Shown here piece by piece: positions 19,501 through 28,378 of a stretch of DNA of 41,721 bases (positions within the stretch are counted from its first letter, which is position 1; each line of letters begins with the position of its first letter). The position numbers and the translations under genes were made by a program. The notes below the pieces were generated by a model that saw nothing but the letters and a program-made list of their open reading frames with translations, was not told where the DNA came from and searched no databases. This DNA comes from a virus (taxonomy: Duplodnaviria > Caudoviricetes), in IMG/VR virus record IMGVR_UViG_3300037692_000203, positions 1 through 41,721 of that record; one strand, 5' to 3'.

Positions 19501-21831
19501 GATGGCCACTACAGCACGCTGATGTTCGTCACGCCCATTGCAACCGGCCTTATCAACGCCAACGATCTGCTGCTGTATGGCACCACCGACAGCGAGAGCG
19601 TGGAGCTGGTCGTCACCGGCATCGTGCCGGACAGTCAGGGCGGTGCGCGTTTGACGCTGGTGGACTACGCGCCGGGCGTGTTCAACGCCGACGAAGAGGC
19701 CATCCCGCCCTACGACAGCCAGATCAGCCAGCCGCCGCTGTTGATGCGCACAGTGATCGCCGGCAACAAAGTGCCCGCTGTCCGTCGCGTGGTGAGTGAC
19801 GAGTCGGCGCTGAGCGTCGCGGGCGACGGCAGCCTGGTCAGCAACATCCTCGTCAGCTTCGGCTACGCGGCCAACCTGCCCAAGAGCGTGACGCATGTCG
19901 AGCTGCAATATGGCCACAGCGCGGAGGATATGGTGTGGGACGCGCTGCCGCTGGCGCCGCTGGCCGCCGGTATCTTCGTCATACCGGCGGTGCGCGATCT
20001 GCACGCCTATCGCTTCCGGCTGCGCTACGTCGACGCCCAGGGCATGGGCGGCCGCTGGAGTGCGATCACTGAGCACACAGTGGTGGGCAAGACATCGGTG
20101 CCTGCTGACGTGACCGGGCTGTCCGTGGGTGCCGCAGGCAAGATGCTGGCACTGGACTGGGGCGTGGTGAGCGCGCGCGATATCGCCGGCTACGAGGTAC
20201 GCACGGCCGATTCTGGGTGGGGCGTGGACACGGCATGGCTGTGGCGCGGCAAGGCGAGCAGCTGCACGGTCGATCCGGGCGAGCTGGATGTTCCGCGCGC
20301 GTTGTACGTGCGCGCATTCGACCGGGGCGGGCGCTATAGCGCGGCATCGGCCCAGGTTACCCACACGGTCACCGCGCCTGATCGTCCGGGTGCGCTGACG
20401 GCGACCTTCGCCGACACGGCGCTGACCAACGCAACCGTTACCCTGGACTGGCCGGACACTGAAAGCGAGTTCGGCGTGGCGTATTACAGGGCCAGCTACG
20501 GCGCCGTGAGCAAGGCAGTCAAGGCCAGCACCATCACGCTGCCGGCAGACTGGACCGGGGCCCGCGTATTCAGCGTGCAGACCGTCGACCAGTTGGGGTA
20601 TGCATCCGCCGCCAGACAGTTGTCGGTGACCAAGTCTGCGCCTGGCAAGGTGACACAATTGCGTGCGCAGGTGATCGACAACAGTGTGCTGTTGTCTTGG
20701 GTGCTGCCGGCCAAGACGACGCTGCCGATCGACCATGTGCGCATCCGTCGTGGCGACAGCTTCGCCACAGCGGAGCTGGTGGGCACCAAGTCAGGCTCGT
20801 TCACCTCGTTCGATGAGTTGGAGCCGGGGGCCTATACGTACTGGGCGACGGTGGTGGATACCGACAACATCGAAGGCCTGCCAGTCTCGGTTGCGGCGCA
20901 GGTGTCCGAGCCGCCAGATTTCGTGTTCCACGGATCGATCGATTCGACCTTCGGCGGTTCCCTGTCATCGGCGCTGCTGGAGCGCGGCGCAGTGCTGATG
21001 CCGATCGACACGGCGACCAGCTTTGCGGCGCACTTCACCTCGCGCGGCTGGGCCACGCCGGCCGATCAGATCGCCGCCGGCTACCCGTTGTTCGCCCAGC
21101 CCACGCCTCCCATCGCGTACTACGAGGAAGAATTCGACTTCGGAACGGTGCTGTCCAGCAGCCGTGCGACCGTGTCTTGGGGCGGAGAACTGATCGCCGG
21201 AACGCCGGATATCAGCTGCACGCTCAGCCTCTCCCCCGATGGGGTGGACTGGGTGAACTATCCGGGCGTGAGCAACGCGTTCGGCACCGGCTGGCGCTAT
21301 GCCAAGGTCAGGATCACGGTCGATCAGGTGGCGGACGACCATGCGCTGTATCGGCTCAGCGCGCTGAATGTGCGTGCCGATGCGAAGAAGCGCAGCGACA
21401 GCGGGATGGTGGATTGCGTCGCCGGCGACACCTTGGGCACCGTGTACAACTTTGGCCGCGAGTTCATCGACGTCACCAGCATCACCGCCACGCCAGAGGG
21501 CACGTCTCCGCTTACCCCGGTGTGGAGCTACAAGGATACGGTGATTGACGGCACCTACAGCATCACCGGCGGCGTGGCCACCATCAATGCGGTCGGGCAT
21601 GACCAGGTGGTCGGCCAGAACGTGCGCCTGGCGTTCCTTACCGGCGGCGCGCCGGACGGCATCTATCCGGTAGCGTCGGTGGGCGGCGCGGACAGCTATA
21701 CCGTGGCGGTCGCCGCCGCCAACACCAGCGGCACTGTCAGCACCTATTCGCAGGGCTGCCGGATATACCTCTTCAGTGACCCCACCACGCGCGCCAGTGC
21801 GCGCGCATCCATCGACGTTAAAGGATATTGA
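16513..21831 (+). CDS. Tail tip protein: NlpC/P60 domain fused to lambda gpI-like and gpJ-like (TipJ) regions with FN3-like repeats
   Basis: DCWGLV...HVG; YGAIPVVLG, TRNPA, RGDKVRV; 1772 aa single ORF. Confidence 0.85.
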   Translation: MSPWTNDYIGIPYLSGGRDRAGSDCWGLVRLVYREQYGIDLPSYGEIDYDAANIAQTAGLIADHRDQWQDVQDPCAGDVVLLRIEGYPAHVGVMIDATRMLHVHRDGLTSCIERLDGGSWRHRIEGYYRHAERLGGVVLSGCPHPLKTVSLVGTLPAGATLRDMILTECRRANVPDVLIEAQGHAWIDGEYIPSADWSTRIPAAGQRVEYRLLPAGGNNRALLTMIVMVAVAVAAPYAAGYINIMAGGAFGAAGSAGAMALGATVSMGLTYAGMALVNAIAPIRPPSVDSSVGRSRYQLQGGANQISPYGAIPVVLGQFRYTPPSGAIPYTESSASENYLRMVLCWGYGPLDVSDLRIGDTPLSSFEDIQIAHLRGVDGENKTAFNRLYGKDVSQESVSVKLETGTPVDRVTSADVDGIKLVFSFPQGLWKTASNGTNAGANVDGVDVGVSIQYRLTGAVDWQEVAATVRAATIGLPPTYDEQTLSKWDGDPDLGDWWYAEYGYLKDNVGDAVQVPLYQWTVVTLDRHNNVVMRQGCITDNPATNPSSTLLALMEAHNYGLPVSYERLPTPPAGEVELYQVCVQGETVVDTVDLRSVSITGCALTVDGLSLSVAAGSIVREDSETLVVSAATKSAFDRVVSLEVPTGQYDVRVTLVTDDSATGTYPSGNSAAVYRECYWSTLTGISNQRPIVPPKPLAMTAIRIRATNQLNGSLEGITGTVKCVCLDYNKATATWITRHTRNPASLFRHVLQHAGNAVPVADAGINLTQLARWHNYCRINGFAFDLVITGQRPMLDVLKDICAAGRASPDLVDGKWTVVIDEPKPNIVQHFTPHNSWGFEGTRILPKRPHALRVQFFNRAKGYQADERMVYDDGYTSANATLIEGIELPGITDADNVHAFGRFHLAQLALRPDTYTLNADMEHLICTRGDKVRVTHDVPMWGLGSGRIRQVLTSGATATGIVVDEVLPMDAGADYSVRIRRKTGTSLVCAIVPAVADGHYSTLMFVTPIATGLINANDLLLYGTTDSESVELVVTGIVPDSQGGARLTLVDYAPGVFNADEEAIPPYDSQISQPPLLMRTVIAGNKVPAVRRVVSDESALSVAGDGSLVSNILVSFGYAANLPKSVTHVELQYGHSAEDMVWDALPLAPLAAGIFVIPAVRDLHAYRFRLRYVDAQGMGGRWSAITEHTVVGKTSVPADVTGLSVGAAGKMLALDWGVVSARDIAGYEVRTADSGWGVDTAWLWRGKASSCTVDPGELDVPRALYVRAFDRGGRYSAASAQVTHTVTAPDRPGALTATFADTALTNATVTLDWPDTESEFGVAYYRASYGAVSKAVKASTITLPADWTGARVFSVQTVDQLGYASAARQLSVTKSAPGKVTQLRAQVIDNSVLLSWVLPAKTTLPIDHVRIRRGDSFATAELVGTKSGSFTSFDELEPGAYTYWATVVDTDNIEGLPVSVAAQVSEPPDFVFHGSIDSTFGGSLSSALLERGAVLMPIDTATSFAAHFTSRGWATPADQIAAGYPLFAQPTPPIAYYEEEFDFGTVLSSSRATVSWGGELIAGTPDISCTLSLSPDGVDWVNYPGVSNAFGTGWRYAKVRITVDQVADDHALYRLSALNVRADAKKRSDSGMVDCVAGDTLGTVYNFGREFIDVTSITATPEGTSPLTPVWSYKDTVIDGTYSITGGVATINAVGHDQVVGQNVRLAFLTGGAPDGIYPVASVGGADSYTVAVAAANTSGTVSTYSQGCRIYLFSDPTTRASARASIDVKGY

Positions 21832-21832
21832 T

Positions 21833-23191
21833 ATGACCGACCACACGCTCCCATCGACCGACCTGCCTTATGCCGATTTCGTTGCCGCCATGCATTCGCG
21901 CATCAACGAGATCGCCGCCTGGCTGGATCCGGCGTTCTCTGATCCTACCGGACTTAGCATCGGTGCCAAGCGCATCGTGCCCAGCAACGATTACGCGGTA
22001 GAGGAATTGACGGCCGGCGGTTGGGTCGAGGTGTACAGATCGTTCCGCGTGAGCAATACGCTGTTCAATGGCAGCGCGAATACGCTGACATCGCCTGGCA
22101 TCTACATGATCGCAGCGTCCGCGTCGGACACGCCATCTGGCATCAATGCGATCATCACCGTAAAGAAACACCCATCCACCAACGCGATCCTGCAGCAGTG
22201 GGAACGGGCAAACCAGACGGCGTCGCTCGATATCAGGAACCGCGTGTACAACCCGACCACGGGCGTGTGGTCTGGCTGGGTGCCGGCGCTGGATTCGTCA
22301 CACCTCAGCGCGTCCGACCCGCACCCGCAATACATGACTGAGGCCGAGAGCGATGCCGCCATCGCGGCCGCCATCGCTGCTCTGGTCGATTCCAGCCCTG
22401 GCACACTGGACACCCTGAACGAACTGGCGGCGGCCCTGGGAGACGACCCGAACTTCGCGACCACGGTCAGCGCCGCGCTGGCCGCGCGGTTTCCTTATTA
22501 CGGGTCGTTCTCCGGCGATGTGCACACCCTCACTACGCGCGGGTTCTATGACATCAACTCTGCGGCAACCAACAAGCCGTTCGGGGTGGGAGGGACGCTG
22601 CTGGTGATGGTGATCGGCGGCAACGTCACGCACCTCCTGTTCCGCACGTCGAACACTTCAGCAGTCGAAGTGTGGTCAGAATCCTTCGGCATCACCAGCG
22701 GCTGGACCGACTGGGACAAGCTGCCGACGCTGACTGATGTTAATGCGCTGATCGCGGCATCCGTCGCCAGCACCACAGTGGCGGGCGTGGTGGCGCTGTC
22801 GACGGATGCCGTGGCCAAGGCCAAAGCAAGTGCGTCCGTAGCGCTGACGCCTAGTAATTTGGCGGCGCTGGCGTTTACGTCAAGCGAGATCGCGATGCCA
22901 ACGGCCTCCGGGAATAAGTCTGCTGCGCATGGATTGGGGGCTGTGCCGGCCTCGATCGAAGTGGCCTTCCGGTGCAAGACAGCGGAGCATGGTTATGCGG
23001 TCGGGGACGAAATTGTAATGACGAGCATGTACGGCTATTACTCCGAAGTGTGGACGGCCTACAAGAACAGCACGGATGTGGGGGTTGCATTTTTAACGGC
23101 GGAAGTTAATGCCGTGCACAAGACCGCCGGTACTTGGCACGCACTAACTGCCGCCAACTGGCGCGTCGTCCTGCGCGCGAGCTTGATCTGA
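21833..23191 (+). CDS. Tail fibre protein
   Basis: DPHPQY and LVDSSPGTLDTLNELAAALGDDPNFATT fibre motifs; last gene of the tail module. Confidence 0.8.
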   Translation: MTDHTLPSTDLPYADFVAAMHSRINEIAAWLDPAFSDPTGLSIGAKRIVPSNDYAVEELTAGGWVEVYRSFRVSNTLFNGSANTLTSPGIYMIAASASDTPSGINAIITVKKHPSTNAILQQWERANQTASLDIRNRVYNPTTGVWSGWVPALDSSHLSASDPHPQYMTEAESDAAIAAAIAALVDSSPGTLDTLNELAAALGDDPNFATTVSAALAARFPYYGSFSGDVHTLTTRGFYDINSAATNKPFGVGGTLLVMVIGGNVTHLLFRTSNTSAVEVWSESFGITSGWTDWDKLPTLTDVNALIAASVASTTVAGVVALSTDAVAKAKASASVALTPSNLAALAFTSSEIAMPTASGNKSAAHGLGAVPASIEVAFRCKTAEHGYAVGDEIVMTSMYGYYSEVWTAYKNSTDVGVAFLTAEVNAVHKTAGTWHALTAANWRVVLRASLI

Positions 23192-23294
23192 TGGCCGCCG
23201 CACTGACAATCGCTGCCGTCGTAGCTGTGGCCGGCCTGTTCTGGTGGTTTTGCGACGAGATGGAAAAATCTTTGGAGGGGTATTGATGCGCGGG

Positions 23295-23726
23295 TTACTG
23301 GGCGGCTGTTTGCGCGGGTCGGCAATCCGTGGCATCGGCCAGCACCCATTGCCGCAGCGCGTGGCCGAACTGTTCGACAGGTCCGGCCGCGTAGTGCCCC
23401 ACCACCTTGCTGCGCGTGTCGTCGAGGGCGGAGATGTCGATCACCTGGTAGGTGTCCACCCCGAGCGCGCCATGCATGGCGACCGTGATGGTGCCGGAGC
23501 GGATATCCGTGTACAGATCTCCCGTCACCACCATCTGCGCAGTGACCATCCCGCTCTGCCAACACTTGCGCGATTGATCCAACACCTTGCGGTACACCGC
23601 CTGATAGTTCGCCGGCGCCTCAAAAGCCACCCGCCGCTCCGCCCCCATTTCCCGGACGCCGATGGCAGTGGTAGGGGCGCAGCCGTATAGCATTAAGATG
23701 GCTAGTAGTAGGGCTGTTGTTCTCAT
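23295..23726 (-). CDS. Lipoprotein
   Basis: Signal peptide MRTTALLLAILM with lipobox LYGC. Confidence 0.75.
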   Translation of the reverse strand: MRTTALLLAILMLYGCAPTTAIGVREMGAERRVAFEAPANYQAVYRKVLDQSRKCWQSGMVTAQMVVTGDLYTDIRSGTITVAMHGALGVDTYQVIDISALDDTRSKVVGHYAAGPVEQFGHALRQWVLADATDCRPAQTAAQ

Positions 23727-24430
23727 ATAGGCGCTCCCTCAACGATGACCGCCGTACCCGTGCCGACGATCATCAGCATGTTCTTCCCGCCGCCGGAGAT
23801 CTCGCTGTAGTCGAGGTCGACGGCGATCACGGCGTTGGCACCCATCTGTTGGGCTTCGGCCTTGAGTTCCAGGATGCAGGTCTGGCGCGCGTCGCGCAGG
23901 ATGGATTGCATCGAGCGGCTGCGCCCGCCCCATGAATCTCTGATCTCGGTGAAGAAGTCGATGATGATGTTGATGCCGGCGACGTTCTCGGAGGAGACGA
24001 TGCCGAGGGTCTTGGTGACGCGGTAACCTTCCAGCGACATGGCGGTGGTGACCTGCACGTTGTTCACGGCTTCGGCCCATGCTTCGCGCTCGGTTTTTTG
24101 CTGTTGGTCGATCTCGTGCTGGGTCTTGCTATCTTCGCCGCGCACCAGCTGCGCGATTTTTTCGCTGGTTCCGGCGATGTGCATGTCTGGCTGCGGGAAG
24201 GTGACGACTGAGACGCCAAGCGGCCCGGCGGGGACGGTGACTTCCAGCACTTGCCCTGCGCGGACGACAGTGAGGGTGTTCTGCTGGCCGCCCTGGCTGG
24301 CTGATGCCAGCAGGTTGTCGACCGTCATCATGTAGGTGTCGTTGTAGCGGAAGATGACATCGTGCTTGCGCAGCCCGGCTTTGTCGGCTTGTCCGCCGGG
24401 CGTGGTGGATTCGATCAGTAGTCCTGGCAT
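23723..24430 (-). CDS. PDZ domain fused to YbjQ (UPF0145) domain
   Basis: PGGQADKAGLRKHDVI (PDZ-like); TTAMSLEGY...GGRS...GANAVIAVDLDY...GTAV (YbjQ). Confidence 0.85.
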   Translation of the reverse strand: MPGLLIESTTPGGQADKAGLRKHDVIFRYNDTYMMTVDNLLASASQGGQQNTLTVVRAGQVLEVTVPAGPLGVSVVTFPQPDMHIAGTSEKIAQLVRGEDSKTQHEIDQQQKTEREAWAEAVNNVQVTTAMSLEGYRVTKTLGIVSSENVAGINIIIDFFTEIRDSWGGRSRSMQSILRDARQTCILELKAEAQQMGANAVIAVDLDYSEISGGGKNMLMIVGTGTAVIVEGAPI

Positions 24431-24448
24431 CGTTCTTCCTTTTTTTGG

Positions 24449-24973
24449 TTATACATCGCCGCCCGCCGAACGCATTATCTGAGCTATCAGATTATTTAGT
24501 TCTGTGACCAACATTTTGTTTGGGTTGGTCTCACTCTCTACTCGATCTCTGTTGGCTTTCAGCGCAGTCAGAAGTTTCGCTCCATCCAGTTGGCCAAGCA
24601 GGGAGAACAAGACGATCTGCAGCGCACGGCTATTGGCTGCGTGTGATTCGGCTATGACTGCATTTAGCCCGGCGGCGTATACAAAAACATCCTGAACCTC
24701 GATCTTCCCAAGGAAAGCAGGGGGAGGTGGCTCCCCTGCCGTATGGGCAGTCGTTGGTTCTGCTTTCGGATAGTCGCTGTCCTCAAATAATTCTCCGATA
24801 GTGCAGTTCAACGCGCTGGCGATGTCTCTTATCTTTTTTTCAGACGGCCACCACTTGCCGTTTTCAATGCGCGACACATCAGAAGCAGAGTTCAGTCCGG
24901 CGCGATCGGCCAGCTCTATCTGCTTCATCCGTTTTTCCTCTCGGCGTTTTCTGATCTCTATCCCAAATCCCAT
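24449..24973 (-). CDS. CI-like XRE-family repressor
   Basis: N-terminal HTH (QIELADRAGL...VSRIENGK); divergent from cro-like gene; no S24 peptidase motif seen. Confidence 0.8.
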   Translation of the reverse strand: MGFGIEIRKRREEKRMKQIELADRAGLNSASDVSRIENGKWWPSEKKIRDIASALNCTIGELFEDSDYPKAEPTTAHTAGEPPPPAFLGKIEVQDVFVYAAGLNAVIAESHAANSRALQIVLFSLLGQLDGAKLLTALKANRDRVESETNPNKMLVTELNNLIAQIMRSAGGDV

Positions 24974-24984
24974 TTGCGCATCAT

Positions 24985-25064
24985 GCAAACAATGTACATA
25001 TAGGGGAATTCACAATATGCAAATAAACTTGCATTAAATGCAAATTACATATACATTTAATGCA
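24985..25064. promoter_or_regulatory. Immunity region: rightward sigma70 promoter and operator repeats
   Basis: TTGCAT(25029-34)-17 bp-TACATT(25052-57); inverted repeat TGCATTAAATG (25030-40)/CATTTAATGCA (25054-64); several TGCA half sites; AT-rich. Confidence 0.7.
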
Positions 25065-25097
25065 CACAGAGATTTTCACCAGATGAAAGAGAAGCGA

Positions 25098-25325
25098 ATG
25101 ACGCCGTTACGCAAAGAGCGAATCAAGAGTGGGATGACGCTAGTAGACCTATCGGCTAAGTGCGGAGGTATTTCCACATCGCAAATATCTCGCATTGAGC
25201 GTGGAAAGTCGCGCGGGTCGGTCGCTACAGCTGAACGTTTGTCGACGGCACTGAAAAAGAAGGTTTCCGCGTCTGACATCTTGTTTCCCCCGAAGCCCAG
25301 ACGGGGAGCAAAAAAACGTAGTTAG
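25098..25325 (+). CDS. Cro-like HTH protein
   Basis: LRKERIKSGMTLVDLS...QISRIERGK; start may be 25083. Confidence 0.8.
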   Translation: MTPLRKERIKSGMTLVDLSAKCGGISTSQISRIERGKSRGSVATAERLSTALKKKVSASDILFPPKPRRGAKKRS

Positions 25326-25449
25326 AGGTGGAACGGCTCAGCGTTGGCGCGCTGAGCCGTTCCGGGTGTGCGTGATACACAGCTCGCAGCATGAGTATCC
25401 CGCCCACCCCCGTTAAACGATAGGTGACGAAGCAAGGGGGTCTCACACC

Positions 25450-25923
25450 ATGGCAGCAAAACTTCCGATGGACATCCACGAGTCTTTTTATCGTGTGGTC
25501 CATGACTATCCGGCAGGCGTTCCTGCGCTGGCCGCAAAGATGGGCATCCCGCCTGGGACGCTCTACAACAAGGCCGATCCGGGAAATGAAGGCAACCACA
25601 AGCCGACGCTGGCCGATGGCGTGGTGGCGACCTTGCTTACAGGTGATAAACGCGTGCTGCATTCCTTCGCAGCGCTGGCTGGCGAGGTGTGCATCACCCT
25701 GCCGGACCTTTCCCAATTGACCACTGATGCCTTGATGTTCCACCTCCTGCAGATCGAGAAGGAGGGCGGGGATTTCTGGCGGCAGCTGCATGCGGCGATG
25801 TCGGCCGACGATCAGATCGACCGCAAGGAATACGCCGACATCGAGCGCGAGGCGCACGAGTGGATCGCCGCCATTCTGGAAAGTCTGGTGCGCATGAAAG
25901 AGATGTCCGGAGGTGCGAAGTGA
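25450..25923 (+). CDS. Phage regulatory CII-family protein
   Basis: YPAGVPALAAKMG...TLYNKADP; DDQIDRKE motif; position after cro. Confidence 0.75.
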   Translation: MAAKLPMDIHESFYRVVHDYPAGVPALAAKMGIPPGTLYNKADPGNEGNHKPTLADGVVATLLTGDKRVLHSFAALAGEVCITLPDLSQLTTDALMFHLLQIEKEGGDFWRQLHAAMSADDQIDRKEYADIEREAHEWIAAILESLVRMKEMSGGAK

Positions 25924-26126
25924 ACCTCTTGCACAAGCCCGCACCGGCTGCCATCGCCAAGCATGGCATCGCCACCCTGACAGACAACCTCGCGCCGGGC
26001 GAATTCATCGCCATCAACCGCGCCTTTTTCAATGTGTTTCGCCCTGAGTTTGAAGCCCGTTTTATTCGCGGAGGTAAGCCATGCGCCACCAGCAACAGCA
26101 GTTCGCCCTGCCGCTCGGGCAAGTAG
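25920..26126 (+). CDS. Small hypothetical protein
   Basis: GTGA overlap and SD GGAGG. Confidence 0.45.
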   Translation: MNLLHKPAPAAIAKHGIATLTDNLAPGEFIAINRAFFNVFRPEFEARFIRGGKPCATSNSSSPCRSGK

Positions 26127-26272
26127 AGCCTTCGGAGGCTTTGATGCGCGCCGCCTGGGAACGTGAGCGGACGCGGCTGAAAGTGGGGTTTGAGCAGGCG
26201 ATGGATACGCCGTGTTTTCGGGCCTGCCTGAGAGGCGAGGTGATGGTGATGGCTAAACGGGGGAGGAAATAA
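26081..26272 (+). CDS. Small hypothetical protein
   Basis: SD GGAGG; early operon packing. Confidence 0.55.
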   Translation: MRHQQQQFALPLGQVEPSEALMRAAWERERTRLKVGFEQAMDTPCFRACLRGEVMVMAKRGRK

Positions 26273-26274
26273 CG

Positions 26275-26472
26275 ATGGCAACGATCAAACAGCAAGCAGC
26301 GCACCAGCGCCGCAGCCTCAAGGCGATCAGGAAGCGGCTGGAGGTGATGTGTGCCGACTGGGGCGAGGTGGATTGCTACTTCGAGAACAGGCTGGCAGAG
26401 ATCATGCAGGACATCGAAAAGCTAGAAGGCGAAATGATCGGATTCACAGATGAAGGAGGAGGCAATGACTGA
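26275..26472 (+). CDS. Small hypothetical protein
   Basis: SD GGAGG. Confidence 0.55.
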   Translation: MATIKQQAAHQRRSLKAIRKRLEVMCADWGEVDCYFENRLAEIMQDIEKLEGEMIGFTDEGGGND

Positions 26473-26566
26473 ATTCATGGATCTGCAGCAGGTGGTGTTG
26501 GCCGCTGAGTGGCTGCTGTTCTTCTTTGTGGTGATGGCGGTGATCTTGGGAGGGCGCGGGCGATGA
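26465..26566 (+). CDS. 33-aa single-TM peptide
   Basis: SD GGAGG; MTEFMDLQQVVLAAEWLLFFFVVMAVILGGRGR; ATGA overlap with next gene. Confidence 0.45.
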   Translation: MTEFMDLQQVVLAAEWLLFFFVVMAVILGGRGR

Positions 26567-26799
26567 ACACGATTCGATTGGTACCGGAGACGAAGCTGGC
26601 GGATTTGAACCGGCTGGCACAGGCGCAGGGCGGTGCACTGCGGGCGATCAACAACCGGTTGTTGCTGGTGCGTGTGAAACAGCACGCCGACAAGGCCTTT
26701 GCGGCGCTGGATGGCGGCGATTGCCTTGCTGCGATCGAGCATATCCGCAGGGCCAGCGCAGAGACGCATTCGATGGAGGGCAGCCCATGTTCCGCTTGA
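26563..26799 (+). CDS. Small hypothetical protein
   Basis: SD GGAGG; operon packing. Confidence 0.5.
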   Translation: MNTIRLVPETKLADLNRLAQAQGGALRAINNRLLLVRVKQHADKAFAALDGGDCLAAIEHIRRASAETHSMEGSPCSA

Positions 26800-26924
26800 T
26801 ACGCCGCATCGAGAAGTCGGTGGTGGGTGGCTACAACTTCATCTGCAACACCTGGTTCTTTCTTGGACTTGGCCACAGCTTCGGTCAGGCCATGGGCAAG
26901 GCGCGCGACACGCTGCCGAGATAA
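26787..26924 (+). CDS. Small hypothetical protein
   Basis: SD GGAGG before ATG 26787. Confidence 0.4.
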   Translation: MFRLIRRIEKSVVGGYNFICNTWFFLGLGHSFGQAMGKARDTLPR

Positions 26925-26967
26925 GCGTTTTACCCGCCCGGATGGGCATTTGAAAAAGGAGCGAGCG

Positions 26968-27660
26968 ATGTTTACACAGCAACAGCAGCAAGGGGCCGCC
27001 GTCTTCGGTCGGTTCCTCACCCTGGCCGAGCAGCGCAAGCTGCTGGGCTTACTCAAACAACAGGCCAGCCCCGTGGCGCTGCGCGATGGGGCGGTGATCC
27101 GCCTGCTGATCGGCAGCGGTCTGCGCATCGGTGAATGCTTGTCTATCTCGGCAGGTGATGCGGCGGATGCCTTGCAGAGCGGCTATCTCTTCATCCCCAA
27201 GGAGCAACGCAAGGGCGAGGCGGGCGATCTTTCGGTGTTTCTCACCCAGTCTGTGCGGTCTGCGCTGCGCGATCTGTTGCTGCTGCGCGAGGGGGCGGCG
27301 GTGGACGAGGCGTTGATCGTGTCGCGCAAGAGTGGCGGCAAGCCGATGACGGTGCGCGCTTTCGAGATGCGCGTGGCGTATTGGGCCAAGCTGGCCGATC
27401 TGCCGGCGGGCGTGTCGCCGCACTGGTTCCGCCATACCCATGCCAAAAACATCATGCGCGAGAGCGAAGCCGCCGACCCGTTGCGCATCGCACAACTGGC
27501 GCTGGGCCACACTTCGCGCCGCACCACCGAGATCTACACCCGTCCGGATCGCGAGGAGATGGGCGAGGCATTGAGCCGCGTGGACGCCTGCGTGAACGGT
27601 AAGCCAAGGGTGCGGATGGCGGACCTGCGCAAGCGGCATGAGGGGAGGGTGGGAGCATGA
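26968..27660 (+). CDS. Tyrosine recombinase, catalytic domain only (230 aa)
   Basis: GLRIGE, RKG, HWFRH, LGH, IYT: complete R-K-HxxR-H-Y set; SD AAGGAG. Confidence 0.88.
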   Translation: MFTQQQQQGAAVFGRFLTLAEQRKLLGLLKQQASPVALRDGAVIRLLIGSGLRIGECLSISAGDAADALQSGYLFIPKEQRKGEAGDLSVFLTQSVRSALRDLLLLREGAAVDEALIVSRKSGGKPMTVRAFEMRVAYWAKLADLPAGVSPHWFRHTHAKNIMRESEAADPLRIAQLALGHTSRRTTEIYTRPDREEMGEALSRVDACVNGKPRVRMADLRKRHEGRVGA

Positions 27661-28058
27661 GCACGGAGATCGTTTGTTATCCGGAGACGATGGCGTTTGG
27701 CGGGGTGGCGTGGACGCGCACTGATAGAGCGGCCGGTACAGGCATAGAGTATTTAGCCAAGGCCGAGAACAAGACGCAGTTGAGGGTCTATCTGTATCCG
27801 CAAGCACCTGAACGCTGGCTGTGGAAAGCAACGTTCGATGTGGTCGAGGTCAACTACAGGCTGGCGCACTACTACGAAGTAGGGGTCATCGTCGACAGCA
27901 TGGAAGAAGCCATGACCTGCGCCATCAATGCCTTCGATGACTGGCTGGATGATATGCAACGCATCTTGCGCCAGCAACGCCCAAAGGACGGCTATGCGCT
28001 CGGCTTTGAAGACGGACAGGCAGCGCTCAAGGCTGAGATCGAGAAGGTGCTGCTATGA
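27657..28058 (+). CDS. Hypothetical protein
   Basis: ATGA-coupled ORF. Confidence 0.6.
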   Translation: MSTEIVCYPETMAFGGVAWTRTDRAAGTGIEYLAKAENKTQLRVYLYPQAPERWLWKATFDVVEVNYRLAHYYEVGVIVDSMEEAMTCAINAFDDWLDDMQRILRQQRPKDGYALGFEDGQAALKAEIEKVLL

Positions 28059-28378
28059 AGCCCTGCATCACTCACCACCACGCCTGCGACTGCCGCGAGC
28101 ATAAAGTCGCCGTACTGATCAAGGCGGCGCTGGACGCGGTCACTGAGTTGGACGGCTTGAACGGTGCGATCCATCGCTTTGGGTTGAATGGGGTGAGCAT
28201 CCCCGCATCCATCGAGATCTCCGAATTCGAGGTGGTGCGCAGCATCGTCGAGCGTGTCTACGACGCCTGCGAGCAGCTGGGCGCGCAGGTAGGTGCACCG
28301 GAAGAGAAGCCCCCCTGCGATCACGTCGTCATCGTGGCGGATGTGTGCGCGAAGTGTGGTGCCGAGGTGGTCGCATGA
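28055..28378 (+). CDS. Hypothetical protein (His/Cys-rich ends)
   Basis: CITHHHACDCRE and CAKC; ATGA-coupled. Confidence 0.6.
   Translation: MKPCITHHHACDCREHKVAVLIKAALDAVTELDGLNGAIHRFGLNGVSIPASIEISEFEVVRSIVERVYDACEQLGAQVGAPEEKPPCDHVVIVADVCAKCGAEVVA

Noticed and set aside
17509-20736. Long antisense ORFs (1075 aa here; also 6712-8652 and 35119-36678)
   Set aside because: Shadow frames of GC-rich genes with no recognisable motifs
16513-23191. Tail tip or tail fibre as DGR target
   Set aside because: No TR-like sequence seen by eye in these genes; a local alignment would confirm
21833-23191. Invertible tail-fibre cassette driven by the extra recombinases
   Set aside because: No inverted repeats or alternative fibre C-termini seen
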